In this document: in pieces, positions 25,817 to 38,600 of the stretch
How the letters are laid out: the number at the start of each line of letters is the position of its first letter
How positions within the stretch are numbered: the stretch's first letter is position 1
Origin: Geosiphon pyriformis uo1
Taxonomy: Eukaryota; Fungi; Glomeromycota
DNA: 64,000 nt
Direction of reading: 5' to 3'
NCBI GenBank assembly: GCA_016748015.1
Contig: JAAOMT010000283.1
Location: forward strand, 376,108 to 440,107
The notes under the pieces: model-generated
What the model saw: only the letters and a program-made list of their open reading frames with translations
Told to the model about the DNA's origin: nothing
Databases searched by the model: none
Made by a program: the position numbers and the translations under genes

Positions 25817-26809
25817 TGTTACTGGAGGTTTTTGGTCTCTTTTCTTGAATGTTGTTAATGTCTGTTTGTTGTGAATTCACGTTTTCTAAAAGTAGTTAAA
25901 CCTCCAATAACTGAATTTATCTTCAAATTATCTCCTATAATTTGAACTGCTGGGCTTATAAGTGGAATGGCCAATTCTATGCCAGTTACTTTATGTAGTT
26001 ATGTTGTAGTAAACATCAACTCTTTTCCAGAAATTGCTCATCTGGAAGCTTACTAAAATGTATAGTTACTTTGCTGTGAAAGTCAACTCTTCTACAGGAA
26101 TCTTGTCTGTAGACTACCCTAATGATTGTAATAAGAAAAAAAAAGAAAAATAAAAGAAATGTAAAAGAAATAGAATTTTTGTCAAGAAAAACGTTTTCTA
26201 TCCAGGCCTGAAGTCACTAACAGTTTACTGAAATTGGTAGCTAATCAATTTCGAAATGTTAGTTGGGTTTTGGAAATTTTCCAAGTACAATAATTAAAAA
26301 ATTTGGTTTTTTCAAATTATTTGATATTTATTTCTTTTTGTGTGTATAGGAACGGTTTTAAGAGATAAATCTAAAGTAAGATACATTTTCCAGAAGAGAA
26401 AAGCTCTTCTTTTATACAACTTGTTGTAGTACTAGTCTATGAACTTGCACTTTTTCTCTTTGCTCAAATTTCAGCAAACTAAAGATACATTTTGATGAAC
26501 TACAAGTTATTTTGCTAAACTATTGATTAATTTGGGTGAACTATTCATAATTTCGGCAAATTTCTGTAAATTTCGGCGAATTTCTTATAAATTTTGGCGA
26601 ATTTTTGAATGTTACAAAGTTCAGAGTATTGTGTAATTTGATCATCCTACTTTCTGTAATACTAATTAGATTATTTTAATTAAATCATGATATGTGATAA
26701 TTGATTAAATAATAAATGATAATTTGAAATGATATTAATATACTAATGAATTATAGGAATTATAAGGGTAATTTCATGCTAATTAATAGCTAAAATTCTA
26801 CTGGTAACA
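25817..26809 (-). repeat. Family B 3' LTR
   Basis: TG..CA termini; near copy of 34743-35693. Confidence 0.95.
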
Positions 26810-27497
26810 TAATTTCTTCCTCAAGACTGAGCTCCATCGAAATCCAAGCACTATCTGTAATATTAAAATAGTAATCTAAAATAATTGAAATAATTTGGTC
26901 TGAAAATTGTTGAAATTTCAGTTCTGTGAGTTTGCCAATGTATTGGACTTTCATTGGTTGCAGTATTGAATTTTGTAGAACATTTTCACAAGTATTAAAC
27001 AAGTCATAGAGTCTAAGAGCTGCTCTAAGTCTGTAGCGAGTGTTTGTTGGTCCAGCTGCTGTTTTGAATTCATTGTGGATTTGTTTTTGTATAACTTCAG
27101 AAGTGAGATTTGTTGCTTCAAGTTTCTGTTTTCGTTCATAAAGTGTTTTTCCAATTTGAAAGTATTTATAAATAGGGATGTGTTCATTGTTCTGTTCATT
27201 AAGAAGTAGTAGAAGTTTTTGTTGCATTGTAGCATTTGGTGAAATGTCAATAGGGGCAATTAAAAGATTTTTTTCTAGTGCCTGCTTCAAAAGTCTTGGT
27301 AATCTATTCTCAGAGTGACTTCTTGTTTTTCTTCTATAGGAGTAATAGTTCTGTAAATGATTTGCTACTGGGGCTGTGGTTTCTTTCTGAATGTAATTAA
27401 TTTGACTTCCATTAATCGTTATAGATAAGTCAGAGAGTGTTTTTAAGGCTAACATTAATTTTTGGGATATTTGTTGAATATTTCGGGGAATAATCAT
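26790..27497 (-). CDS. Family B ORF3, 235 aa, uninterrupted, unknown function
   Basis: Complete ATG-to-stop ORF after integrase, overlapping the PPT and LTR start. Confidence 0.8.
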   Translation of the reverse strand: MIIPRNIQQISQKLMLALKTLSDLSITINGSQINYIQKETTAPVANHLQNYYSYRRKTRSHSENRLPRLLKQALEKNLLIAPIDISPNATMQQKLLLLLNEQNNEHIPIYKYFQIGKTLYERKQKLEATNLTSEVIQKQIHNEFKTAAGPTNTRYRLRAALRLYDLFNTCENVLQNSILQPMKVQYIGKLTELKFQQFSDQIISIILDYYFNITDSAWISMELSLEEEIMLPVEF

Positions 27498-27644
27498 GAT
27501 AAAATTGACTAATTATGAAAAGAGAGAATAAAGAAAATTATTTTTGGATATGGGGTTTTTATTTGTTTTTGGGTTTGGGTGTTTTGTAATTATTTACTAT
27601 TTTTGTCTTTGTGTTTTTATTAAAGAATTATTGTAAAATTTAAG

Positions 27645-29016
27645 TGTTCAAGTTTGGTTGTTGTTCTATTATAATTATTGGTTCTAAATTTTGGGGAATA
27701 TCTTCAGGATTAATTAAAGAGGAATGTGTACCAATTTGTGGAATTAATGGTTCAGGATTGTTTCTGGAATAATAGTGTTTCAATTTGTCTCCATGTGCAA
27801 TTTTTGCTAGTACTTTGTCATCAAGTCTTAACTTATATGATTTATTGCCTAGAATTTCGTGAATATAAAATGGTCCATCTCATTTGTTTTCAAATTTCCC
27901 ATTCCATTGTTTTTCAGCCTTAGTTCTGTGTAAGAGAACTTTATTTCTAACTTTAAATTCGTTGGTAATAGGTGGTAATTTGTTGTCATGTCTTTTTTTT
28001 TGTTGAGCTTGGAAATGTTCAATATGAGTTGCTGCTATTCTTCTTTTTCCTTCCAGTGTACTAAGAAGAGTGTAGGCTCTTCTTTGGAGTGTCTCTTGAA
28101 AGTTTTCTTCATTGATTGGTTGCACTGGGTATGTTTCCACTGTGAAATTAATTGGTAATGTTGCTGTCTTTCTATAAGTAAGATCAAATGGTGTGTGTTT
28201 CGTAGTATCTTGTTTTAGTGTTCTGTATGCTAGTAACATTGATGGAATAAAGATATCCCATTCCTGCTCAAAGTCTGTTGAGACTTTGGCTAAAGATTCA
28301 CACAATGTTCTGTTGAAATGTTCTACAAGTTCATTTGTTTGAGGGTGATAAGGTGATAATAGAAGTCTTTTGACATTGAACTGTTCACAAATTTCTTGTA
28401 TCAAGTTGTTCACAAAATGTGTTCTTTGATCAGATAAAAGTTCAATTGGGCATCCATGTCTACAGATAATGTCTTCATAGATGAAATTTGCTACTGATTT
28501 TGCATCTGCTCTTTGGATGGTTTTAGCTTTAGGCCATTTGGTAAGATAATCCATTGCAACTGCAATATAACAATTTTTTTGGGTTGTAATAAGTAATGGT
28601 CTGACTAAATCAATTCCAACTCTGTCAAAAGGTTGTCCAACTTTGATTGGATTTAAAGGTTCTGTGGGGCGAGTTCCTTCTCTTCTTTGACAATTATCAC
28701 AAGATTCTACATATTGTTGAATGTTTTTTTGCATGTGAGGCCAAAAATAATGTTCAAGGGTTCTTTGAATTATTCCCTTTTTTCCCAAGTGTGCTAAAGA
28801 CGGATCTGTATGCATGTTGTATAAAATTGTTTCTTTTTTATTCTCTTGTACTAATCTGAATGGTTTTCTGTGATTTTTATAATAGATTTTGTTCTGGTGT
28901 ATAAAATATTGTTTTGATTGGTGTTGTAAGTGGTGTTTTTCACTTGGAGACCAGTTTTCTGGCATGGTAAGAGTCTCTAAATAATTTTTAAGATTGCTGT
29001 AGTTTCTGGAATTCAT
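27645..29016 (-). pseudogene. Family B integrase
   Basis: ORF 27880-29016 (H..AHLG, CDNC, VGIDLV, LSDQ, PQTN.LVE); GPF tail lies after a stop. Confidence 0.95.
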
Positions 29017-29073
29017 TCTTGTTTGGTTATTTTGTTGGTAAGTTGGTAAGTTGTGGTGGAATTGTTGTTGGTA

Positions 29074-30450
29074 TTAATCTTGTCTCATTCTTGAGAGGCT
29101 ATCAATATTGGTATGTAGTTTTCCTGGTTTGTGATGTACAATATATCTGTAGTCTGCTAGGAAGTCATTCCATCGAGACTGTTTGGCACTTTGTTCAGTT
29201 TTCTTTTTATTGAGCCATTTGAGGCCAATGTTGTCTGTTATTATGTCAAATTCTTTTCTATTCTTCAGATATTGTTGAAAATGTTTAAGAGCCCAAATAA
29301 CTGCAGCAGCTTCTAATTCAGTTGAGCCATATTTGAGTTCTGTTGGCTTGAGTGTTCTGCTGGCATAGGCAATAACTTGTTTTTGGCTATTTTCATCCAA
29401 TTGTGATAAGATGGCACCAAATGCTATGTGTGAGGCATCAGTGGCTAATTGGAATCGTTTGTTGAAGTCTGGGTAAGTAAGAACTGGAGCTGTTGTCAAT
29501 TTTGTTTTGAGAATTTCAAAAGCTTTTTGTTGTTTTTCAGTCCATTTGTATGGTACATTTTTGTTGGTAAGATAATTGAGTGGTTTGGCAATTTCTGAGA
29601 ATTCTTTTATTAATTTTTGATAGTAAGAGGCTAATCTCACAAATCCTCTTAGTTCTGTAGTATTTCTGGGGATTTGAAAGTTTTTGACAGCACTGTTTGT
29701 TTCTGGATTTGGTTTGATTCTATCTTTACTAACTATGTGTCCAAGAAAGATCAAGCTTGTTTTTTCAAAGTGACATTTCTCAATATTTAACTTTAATCTT
29801 GCTTTCTATAATCATTGAAAAACTTCTCGCAGGTTAATGAAATGGGCTTTAAAGCTTGGTGAGTATACATCAGTATTATCAAGATAAACAATTACTAATT
29901 GTCACAAGAGCCCTTCATAGACAACATCTATGAGTCGCTGAAATGTTGCTGGTGCATTGCAGAGTTTAAAAGGCATAACATTAAACTCATAATTTTCTCC
30001 TTGAGTGGTGAATGCTGTTTTGGGTCTATCTTTTGGGTCCATTTCGACTTGCCAGTATCCACTTTCCAGATCTAAAGTTGAAAAGAACTTGGCTTTTCCT
30101 AGAGCATCTAGCATGTCATCAATTCTTGGAAGAGGATAGGCATCTCCAATTGTAACACTATTCAGTTGTCTATAATCAACACAGAATCTGATTTTTCCAT
30201 TTTTCTTTTTAACTAAAACTACTGGTGAGGCCCAAGGACTTTTTGATGGTTGAATCAATCTGTTATTGAGCATTTTTTGGACCTCTTCTCTGATGAATTG
30301 GTGGCTGGCAGATGGCACTTGATAAGCTTGTTGATGTTTTGGTAGAGCATTTCTTGTATGGATCTGATGTTAAACAATGTCTGTTTTTCCCAAGTTATTG
30401 TTGTCTTTTGCAAATATATCTGCAAATTCAGCTATCAATTGTTTCAATTG
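29074..30450 (-). pseudogene. pol: Family B RT + RNase H
   Basis: ORFs 29902-30318 (SPWASPVVLV, FCVDYR, LDLESGYWQ) and 29074-29754 (TDAS, ITD, DSLSR). Confidence 0.95.
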
Positions 30451-30919
30451 TCTTTGTTGTTAAGATTCTAAGGGACCCATATTGATTCGAGAGAGTTTTT
30501 CTTCCAACAAGTGGTAGTTTTCAGTAGTGAGAATGATATTTGGATTTGGGAGTAGAGTGTGCTTTACAATTTCGATGAAATTAGAAACAATTTGAGGGTT
30601 TTTATCTTAAAAGATATTGCTGTGTATGATTCCAATTTCTAATTTGTTTAATAAAACAATAGGGTAATTATTGGGGTTGTAGAATGTAACTTGAAATTTT
30701 TTCATTCCTTTGGGAATATAAACGTTTAGAATTGATATTTCATGCTTCAAACAGATTTGTTCATTGGATTCAAAGATTTGTTGTGTAGTGGTGGGTTTTG
30801 AGCAAGTGTAAATTTTGTGATGTTCTCCAAAAGATGAAATGATAATTGGCTGAGGAAGTTGAAGAATCTGGTGAGATTTATTTTGTGTATTAAGAACTAT
30901 GTTTACTGGGACTGTAAAT

Positions 30920-31350
30920 CGTCCAGTTGAACCAAAACCTTGAGTTTCTCTTTTACTTTTTCCCAATTGTTCTCTGTTGTTTACTGATTGTAAACCCGAA
31001 ATGTTGATTAAGGGTAAGTAAATTGCTTGAGCAATTTTTTCAGCATGTTCAATTTTGAATGGTTTGTCTGTCTCATTCTGTAACATAATGGTAATGTCTC
31101 CAATGTATCTTGCATCTATAACTCCTCTTCTAATATTGATTCTTTTGCTTGCCAATGATGATCTGGAGACAATTTAAATCATTGCTCCTGGTGGAATTTC
31201 AAGAGCAATTTTGAGATTGATTTTTGTCAAAGACTTTGGTTGGAGAATCAAAATATCTTTTTCTGAGTATCTTAGGTCATATCTAGCATCAATTTCGTGT
31301 GCTTTTTCTGGTCTGATTCCTTGGTCATGATTGTCAAAATATTTAAGTTG
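30920..31350 (-). pseudogene. dut: dUTPase domain in family B pol
   Basis: DA.YDL, RSSLA, GVIDA.YIGDI, KIAQAI and R..QGFGSTG motifs. Confidence 0.92.
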
Positions 31351-32289
31351 TAGAGGTGGTTGCTTTTCAAGAAGATAAATGGGAGTGATTGGTAGTTCTT
31401 CTACTAGTTCAGATATTCCAAATTCGATTTCATTTTCATCATTTTCATCTGACAGAAGAATGCTAAGAACATAACATTCTAAACACCATTGGTTATTACA
31501 AGGCATAACACATTTTTCACACAATTGAATGTTCATTTGCTCTAATTGTTGAATTTGAGCTTCTTTGATCGGATATGTGTGGCTTACAATTTGGTGGTAG
31601 GTTTCTATTTCATCTTCATAATCAAATCCAGCTAATTCCATGGTATACTCAATGTATTTAGCTTCTTTCATTTGGCGGATATCTTTTTAGGTGGCTCCAT
31701 TGATCAATGCCATTGCTAGGTCAAAAATTATTTCAGCATCATGAGGATAGTGGTAAAGTTTATTGAGAGCACTGTTGTATGCTGCATCAAATGGTGTTCT
31801 TCTTCTGACTTTTTCCGAAATTAATAAAGTATATTGACAGGTTTGATCACATACTCCTTTTCTTATTGCTACATCAATCCAATTGCATTCTTCTGGTAGC
31901 ATTTTTCCATATGTAAGGCAAGGTGTGTTGTCCTATTTTCCACTTCTTTTTGGAGATCCAAATCGTTTTCTATGGCATGCTTTGCAAAAGTAACAGGTAC
32001 GAGTTTCATATTTCTCTTCTGGAGAAATATATGCTCCCATTGATGAAAGTTTTTTGTTGCAATCTTTGCATTTGAATGAAATATAGGGTGGTTGTTTCTG
32101 TGGTTCTGGTGTAGAATATCTAACTTTCTTCCATCCCCTTGATTCTTCAAAAATCTCTTGTTCAGTCTCTTCAGCCCAATTGGATGTTGATCCAAAAGCC
32201 ATGTAGGTTTCAGTAAGTGGTATTTCTTTTTCCTTTTCAAATTCAAATACTGGAGCTTTTTCTGATTGTTTGTTAAAGGTACCACAGGT

Positions 32290-32700
32290 TGCAGGTACTA
32301 TGGTATATTGTCCTTAGTATGAGATTTTAAGTTCTTGAGTTTCCCAGTTCAGGTTTGCATTGGCCTTGAGAAGCCAATCATTTCCGACTAAAGCTTAGTA
32401 TTGGAGTGCATCCATAACAAGAACTTTAACTGGAATGATGATTTCATCAATTGAAAAAAGGAAATCATCAATTTCTCCTACTGGAGTCTTCTTCATATCA
32501 TCAGTTGTAACAATAACTGTTTGAACTGGTCTGTCTACATTTTGTTTGAGTTGTTGCATCAGCTGGTAAGTGATAATACTTCCAGCTGATTCACTATCTA
32601 AGATTAAGTAAATGGGTTTTCCTTCCACTGTAGCTTCTGTGTACATAGCAGTAATTGTTTTTTGTTCATTGACTGCTGCATTACTAAGCAGAAATGGTGA
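32290..32700 (-). pseudogene. Retropepsin, family B
   Basis: LILDS(G)SAGSII in ORF 32395-32802. Confidence 0.88.
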
Positions 32701-32799
32701 TTTATTTGCTTTAAATTTAAATGGAAATATATCTGACAGATTAGCATTTTGGGCAATTTGAGCTGGTGGAATGGTGTGGTTGGAAGGGTTTGATCTTAG

Positions 32800-34806
32800 C
32801 ACTGCAACTTTATTTTCAAAAAGTGCAGTTTGTTGAAAATCCGATTTCTCTGGTATTGTAAGATAACTGAGTTGAGTGTGATAGTAATTGGGTCTTTGCT
32901 AACCCGAATTTTGGGGAACCAACTGGTTATTTGGATTAATTCTGTTGTGGTTATTTTGCAATTGATTTTGGGGTGTGAATTGGTTATGTTAAACCAATCT
33001 TCTTGCTGATACTTGATATTGTTGAGTGGATGGTGTTTGATATGGCTGAATTGGTAAAGGTTGCTGATATTGTTGCTGTATTGATTGTGGAGCTGGTGGA
33101 TAGTAGTTTTGATTTTGTGGTCTTGGTGAATAATAGGTTGGTGGTGGAGATTGGTAATAGGATTGTTGTGGTAAAGAGTAACATTGATTACTCCTATTTT
33201 GTTGGTTTCTTTGCAATTTCCTACAATCTCATTTCTAGTGTTCTGGAATTCCACAATAATGACAATTTTGAGATTGGTTGTTGGATGGTAATCCAAAATT
33301 GTTTTGGTTGCATTGTTATGGTGGTTAATATCTTTGTGGTTGTTGCTGCTGTTGTTGTTGGTTTGTAAAATAGCTTTCAACTTTCTTTGTGAGTTGGTCT
33401 ATTTTTTCTTTAGCTGCTAAGCTGGTTTCTTCAATTGCAAGGTTTACAAGCTTGGTGTGATTTGCTTCTTCCATTGCCATTTCATAGCTCTTTGCATGTC
33501 TAATAGCAGTTGCTAAGTCTGCTGGAGCATGTAAATAGACTTTCTTAATCAGTTTGTTTTTTAATCCTGCTATAAACTAATCCAGAATTTGAGCATTAGA
33601 ATAGTAGTCATTGGTTTTCAATTGTTGGATTTGTCTGAGAAGTTTGTTAAATTTTCCAAGATAGATCATAACAGTTTCAGATGTTTCTTGTTTGATATTG
33701 TGAAAGTGGTTTCTGAGAGTGATAGAGGTATTGTTGTCAGTGAATTGTTGTAGAAAAGCATTTTTGAATGCTTGCCAGTTTTCAAATGGTTCTTCTAAAT
33801 TTTCAAACCATTCTCCTGCTGTTCCTTGGAGAAAGTAAAAAATTACTTTAAGCATTTTTGCTGCAATCCAACCATTTGCATCTCCTGTTTTTTGAACTTT
33901 GTCAAGCCATTCTTGAGGACTGGTATCATTATTTTCACCCATGAATTCTGGAATCTTTGCAATGTAAGCAGTTGCCATTTCCTCTTTATTTTCTGTGGCT
34001 TTTCTTTGTTCTGATTCAATTTCTTTATTTTCCAAATTTTTTAAATGATCACTTTTGTTTTTCTGCAAGTATTCAATAATATTGGTGCTTGTTGATATAA
34101 GTTCCTGCTGTTGAGTAGAATTTCTAGGTGACTGAAAATTTTCTGGTCTGAAAAAACAGTTAAGTGGTGAATTTAGTGTTTGTGGTCGAGCAAGTAAAAT
34201 TGGAAATGGTATGATAAAAAGTGGTAATTTGACACTAGTTCTTTGTTCAGATGTTTGCAAGTGTTTGGCAGTTGTCTTTGGTAGTATTCGAGTGTTTGGA
34301 GTGGTTTTTGAGTGTTGTTTCACTTTTTGTTTGCTTTTGTTGCCTGTTTCTGTTTCTAATTTAAAGTCAAAAGAGTATTTAGACTGTACTGGGTATTTTT
34401 CTTCACAATACTTGATAATGTTGTAATTGAGTTCTTGAAAGTAGGTGGCAAGTATTTCACTGTTAAGGTCTTCAGTTCCCAATCATAAATAGTGTATTAG
34501 ATTATTGTAGAGGTTGCTTTTCACTTCTGAAATGTTGTAATTTCTAAGAAGATAATTGTTGATACAGTTTTTAATATATTGGTAGAGTGTTCTTTCAACA
34601 ATTTCAATTCCATCTGGGATGTTGAATCTCTGCTTGCAATGAGTGTAAATTGACTGATAATACTCTAGAGTTGTTGTGTCTGGTGTGGTCGCCACTTTGA
34701 AGTTTGTTGTTTGCTGTGTTATTTCTGTGAGAAAGCACCAAATGTTATCAGAGGTTTTTGGTCTCTTTTTTTGAATGTTGTAACTGTCTGTTGGTTGCAA
34801 ATTCAC
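32800..34806 (-). pseudogene. gag: Family B gag with long N-terminal extension and Q/N/P-rich tail
   Basis: ORFs 34483-34806 and 33577-34482 (MATAYIAKIPEF.GE..EWL); CHYCG knuckle near 33260. Confidence 0.85.
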
Positions 34807-35693
34807 GTTTTCTAGAAATAGTTAAACCTCCAATAACTGAATTTATCTTCAAATTATCTCCTATAATTTGAATTGCTGAGCTTATAAGTGGAATGGCCAA
34901 TTCTTTGCCAGTTACTTTATGTAGTTATGTTGTAGTAAATGTCAACTCTTTCCCAGAAATTGCTCATCTGGAAGCTCACTAAAAATGTGTAGTTATTTTG
35001 CTGTGAAAGTCAACTCTTCTACAGAAATCTTGTCTGTAGGCTACCCTAATAATTGTAATAAGAAAAAAAAAGAAAAATAAAAGAAATGTAAAAGAAATAG
35101 AATTTTTGTCAAGAAAAACGTTTTCTATCTAGGCCTGGAGTCACTAACAGTTTACTGAAATTGGTAGCTAATCAATTTCAAAATGTTAATTGGGTTTGGG
35201 GATTTTCCAAGTGCAATAATTAAAGAATTTGGTTTTTTCGAATTATTTGATATTTATTTCTTTTTTTGTGTATAAGAATGGTCCTAAGTGATAAATCTAA
35301 AGTAAGATACATTTTCTTGAAGAAAAAAGCTCTTCTTTTATACAACTTGTTGTAGTACTAGTCTATGAACTTGCACTTTTTCTCTTTGCTCAAATTTTGG
35401 CAAACTAAAGATACATTTTGATAAATTACAAGTTATTTTGCTGAATTATCGATTAATTTGGATGAACTATTCATAATTTCGGCGAATTTTAGAATGTTAC
35501 AAAGTTTAGGGTATTGTGTAATTTGATCATCTTACTTTCTGTTATACTAATTGGATTATTAATTGAATTGTGATATGTGATAAATTGATTAAATAATAAG
35601 TAATAATTTGGATTAATATTAACATGTTAATTACTGATAGGAATTATAAGGATAATTTCATGCTAATTAATAGCTAAAATTCTATTGGTAACA
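34743..35693 (-). repeat. Family B 5' LTR
   Basis: TG..CA termini; PBS TGGTGCTTTCT adjacent. Confidence 0.95.
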
Positions 35694-38600
35694 ATGCTTA
35701 ATGAACAAAGTATTTGAATTAATAAAAGAAAACTTTGTTCTGGTTTACTTAAATGACATAATGGTTTACTCAAAAACCTAAAATGAACATCTTAAACACT
35801 TGTAAAAGATTTTTGATCTGTTCAGAAATGCTGGCCTTAAAATTAACCCAATTAAATTTTTTTTTGAACACCAATCCACCCAGTTTCTTGGTCATCTTAT
35901 TACAAAAGATGAAATCTTCTCTAATCCAGTTAAAGTTAAAAAAGTTGAGAACATTAGACAACCAATGAATGTTCCTAAACTACACTTTTTTCTTGGTTTG
36001 GTCTTCTACTATCACAAATTTATCAAGGATTTCTTCAAAATCGCCTTTTTTCTCAATCAGCTACTCAGAAAAAATGTCAATTATTATTGGGACACTCATC
36101 AACAAAAAGTTTTTGAAATTTTGAAGAAAAAACTTGTTACTAAACCAATTCTCAAGACTTCTAATCTAGACCAACTTTTTATCCTCCACACTAATACATC
36201 TGGCTATGGACTTGATGCTGTCTTTTTACAGAAAAATAAAAATGGCAGAGAACATGCCATAGCATATGCCAGTAGATTTCTTACACCAGCAGAAAAAAAC
36301 TATTCAGTTACTGAACAAAAATGTTTAGCAGTAGTTTGGGCTATTAGTTACTAGGATCAATAATTTTGGTGCAAAATTCTTAGTGATAACAGATCATTAA
36401 GCCTTGGTTTGGCTGCACAATAAAAAAAAACTGGAACACAAACAAATAACCTGCTGGATACTTCATTTGGATAAATTTAACTATGATATTCAATACTACA
36501 AAAGAGCAAATTATTAAAATGCCAATATTCTCTCTAGACTCACCATCTAGTAACAGTACAAGCTTCTTAAACCAAACTATCTTAATTATTAGTAACTCCT
36601 CTTTTTGACAAACACAATAATGGACTTGAACAACTACTCTGCCTTAATAGAATTTTTGAGTAAAAGACAATACTCACAAGAATACACTTGACAGCAAAAA
36701 GAACATTTGTGCAAACAATCAAATTTCTATTTAATCCACCAGAACCAGTTATATAAAAGAAACAGAAAAGATTCTAACTGCTCCCAAAGAGTCATCAGAT
36801 TTGAAGAAAGAGAAATTGTAATATACAACATCTACACTAATCTATTAGCTGAACACTTTGGAAAAACAAAAACAATTCAGAAAACTTTAACTCACTATTA
36901 TTGGCCTATCTTGAGAAAAAACATTGCTAAATATATCAAAGCCTGTAACATTTGCCAAAAAAGATACAAACCCAATCACAAAAAAGATATTCAACCAATC
37001 TCTGTTGGTCAACTATTTAACAGAATTGGTATAGATATTATTAGATCTTTAATAATAACTCCTAATGACAACAGATACATTATTACAGCTACTGACTATC
37101 TTACAAAGTGAGTAGAAACAAGAGCCACTTTTGATCAAACAACAGTCTCAATAGCCAATTTCATTTATAAAAATATTATTTGCCATTATAGCTGCCCCAA
37201 AGAACTTTTATCTAATAGAGAAAGCAGAAAAATGGAAATATGTTATAAACTTTCCTCTCCTTACCACCCTTAAACAAATGACCTAGTGGAATGTTTTAAT
37301 AGAACACTATGTGAAACTCTAGCCAAAACCAGTGAAAAAACAAACTTATGAAACAAAGTACTGTCTTCAGCTTTGTTTGCTTATAGAACTGTAAATCATG
37401 ACATAACAAGTTATGAATTTTTTTATCTGCTCTATGAATGCATAGAAACACTACTAATAAAAACTAATATTGAAACAATACTTTTTGAAAAAATCACAAT
37501 AAGAAATTACAAAGACATTTTGCAAAAAAGACTTGGCACTATTTTTGACTCCTTGGTAGAAGCACAAATAATTGCTTTTAAAAAGATAAAACAGTTCCAA
37601 GAAAAGCTTAAGAAAAAAAAAACCTATAAAATACTTTTTTTAAGTGTTGGTGACTTGGTACTAGAATACTGTTTAGACAGAGACAATGTTTATGATAATA
37701 AATTCTCTAGCCAATAGAAAGAACTCTTTATAGTCAACAAAGTTTTGAACAATGGTTCTTATATTCTTTAAAATCAATCTGGAACAATCTTCAATGATCG
37801 TCCTATTTATGGTACACAACTCAAGAAATATCATAAACGACCTGATTGGTTGCCTATTGTGGTAATACTGACCTAAATAATCAGCAAAAATCAAGTATAA
37901 ATAAATACATCATTCCCAAAACAGAGGTATTTTCAATCGATATGAACAATTATTTTCTGAATCAAAACATTCAAAACAGCTTCTATACTCTTCATTAATA
38001 TTGAATCAAAAACTATCCAAATGCTACTCTGATTATTGGAAAACAAACCACCATAACTGATAACAGTAGAACACATACTGTTATTAGACCAAAGAAAATT
38101 ACTACCAGAAGAAAAAAAATTGGTAGCAAAATGAATAAATATCTGTTGGAAAGTATAACAGCAGCTATACTCTCATCTTCCAACACAATTAGAAAAACAC
38201 TCTAAGAAATCTTACCTATAGACAAAAACTTGTCATATGGAAAGTAATTAGAACTCTATAGTTATCTTGGAGAAATCATAGAAAATATAAAACTTATAAA
38301 GAAAACAACTTCAGAGATACAAGCAGAAATTTTGGGCATTATATAATTAGATGTCCCAAGAGTTTTAACTATTGCTAGAAGAGCCAAAACTCTAATACAA
38401 AGATTTGGTCTCTTGAATATAAAACTTATTTTATCTCAATTATTATATACTCTATTTACAAAAGACTTCAACAAACTAGTTAGCTTTGAGTTAAATAAAA
38501 CTCTTTAAATAGATTACACTATGAATAGCTTGATTTTACTGGAGCTCAATCTCTTTGGAAAGGATAATATTATGATTGAAACTTATATTTCTTATTAATT

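Larger units (their letters stand above)
25817..35693 (-). mobile_element. Structurally complete Ty3/Gypsy element family B (~9.9 kb): LTR-PBS-gag-protease-Cys-rich domain-dUTPase-RT-RNase H-integrase-ORF3-PPT-LTR; decayed
   Basis: Paired LTRs 34743-35693 and 25817-26809, PBS near 34730-34740, PPT near 26813-26823, all domains in order. Confidence 0.95.

Noticed and set aside
27645-27880. Chromodomain at the integrase C-terminus
   Set aside because: Only a GPY/F-type motif and a short tail are visible; no aromatic-cage pattern in any family
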